From the NCBI GenBank assembly GCA_963843555.1, contig CAWJKV010000004.1, positions 96,001 to 160,000 of the forward strand: DNA of 64,000 nucleotides, written 5' to 3'. The DNA is from an uncultured Methanosarcinales archaeon (GTDB taxonomy: Archaea; Halobacteriota; Methanosarcinia; Methanotrichales; Methanotrichaceae). Below the pieces are notes generated by a model that saw nothing but the letters and a program-made list of their open reading frames with translations, ran no database searches and was not told the DNA's origin. Shown here one piece after another: positions 63,146 to 64,000 of this stretch. Positions within the stretch are counted from its first letter, which is position 1, and each line of letters begins with the position of its first letter. Position numbers and translations under genes: made by a program.

Positions 63146-63850
63146 ATGGCCCGTCCGGATAGGAGAGAGAGCAAATCGGAAAGGCTGTTGTTGCCCCTCT
63201 TTCTCGACCTCAAAGGAAAGCTGGTGGTAATCTTCGGCGGCGGGAGAGTAGGAGAACGCAAAGCCAGGCTGTTTTCGGAATACGGGCCAGTTCGAGTGGT
63301 CGCCCGGGATTTCACCTCCGACCTCCTGTCTCTGAAAGAGAAGCTGGAGCTGGTGGAGTCCGATCTGACTTCTGGCTTTGAGAAGCACCTCGACGGAGCA
63401 TTCATTGCCATTCCCGCTACAAGCGATTCTGAATTGAACCGGGCCATAGAAGAGGAGGCATCCCGAAGGGGGATATTGGTAAACAGGGTGGAAGGGGCGG
63501 GGGATGTGGTTGTCCCTTCCCTGATCAGAAAGGGCCCAATCGCCATTGCTATCTCTACTGAGAGTCCCGGTCTCACCAAGTACCTGCGCCTCCAGCTTGA
63601 GATGAGGCTGACAGAAAACTACCAGGAGATGGCGCGACTGCTCTCTCAGATAAGACCGGAGCTGAAGGAGCAGATTCCCCTGCAAGAGGATCGTGCCCGG
63701 GCGATCTGGAGGATACTGGAGGACGAGGAGATCTGGAAGCTCCTGAATGTCTCCTATGAAAAGGCCTATATGAGAGCCCGCTTACATGCATGCCAGGATG
63801 AGCGAGATAGCCTCGATGCTGGTAACGCACCGCAAGGCCTCCATCGATGA
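63146..63850 (+). CDS. sirC: Precorrin-2 dehydrogenase / siroheme synthase N-terminal domain
   Basis: LPLFLDLKGK, FGGGRVGERK, ATSD, VN, IAIST. Confidence 0.88.
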   Translation: MARPDRRESKSERLLLPLFLDLKGKLVVIFGGGRVGERKARLFSEYGPVRVVARDFTSDLLSLKEKLELVESDLTSGFEKHLDGAFIAIPATSDSELNRAIEEEASRRGILVNRVEGAGDVVVPSLIRKGPIAIAISTESPGLTKYLRLQLEMRLTENYQEMARLLSQIRPELKEQIPLQEDRARAIWRILEDEEIWKLLNVSYEKAYMRARLHACQDERDSLDAGNAPQGLHR

Positions 63851-64000
63851 GATTGAGCGGGCCTGGCACGGAGATGTAGAGACCATCCTCAGATGGGTGG
63901 GTTCTCAGGACAGGGTAGAGGAATGCGCCGTGCTCAAGACCTGCAACCGCGTCGAGATTTATGTGGTCGGGCCGCGCGGCGAAAAGGTGCTCTTCGACCT
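63798..64000 (+). CDS. hemA: Glutamyl-tRNA reductase, 5' part (runs off the window)
   Basis: Manual translation MSEIASMLVTHRKASIDEIE...VLKTCNRVEIY, with the TCNR catalytic motif. Confidence 0.92.
   Translation, partial: MSEIASMLVTHRKASIDEIERAWHGDVETILRWVGSQDRVEECAVLKTCNRVEIYVVGPRGEKVLFD

Overview
Archaeal chromosomal window from a methanogen, most likely Methanothrix/Methanosaeta-like (inferred from gene content: archaeal histone, GatE, Taw1, AhbB, aIF2a, PriS/PriL/PCNA). It is mostly core housekeeping: the priS-GINS-rpl44e-rps27e-aIF2a-nop10-PAC2 superoperon, tfs-pcn-priL, histone-gatE-cdc6, hisG, hisC, argD, aroC, prs, a ThiC-family gene, ahbB-sirC-hemA, pycA-birA-JAMM-ribL-coaD, and one tRNA-Arg(CCT). 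About a dozen genes, some essential, carry frameshifts, which points to uncorrected long-read indels rather than true pseudogenes. The main leads are: (i) an AT-rich islet at ~45.9-49.3 kb with a decayed pstS, two divergent winged-helix genes and a candidate ~55-nt minus-strand sRNA with anti-Shine-Dalgarno motifs, its own TATA box and a U-rich tail; (ii) two tandem secreted pentapeptide-repeat/2TM-channel genes whose K+ filter is replaced; (iii) a D1-less Trm5-family enzyme with a PTP motif near taw1; (iv) a B12-radical SAM gene coupled to an unknown partner. No CRISPR array, integrase, transposase or rRNA was seen. All family assignments come from motif recognition, not database searches.
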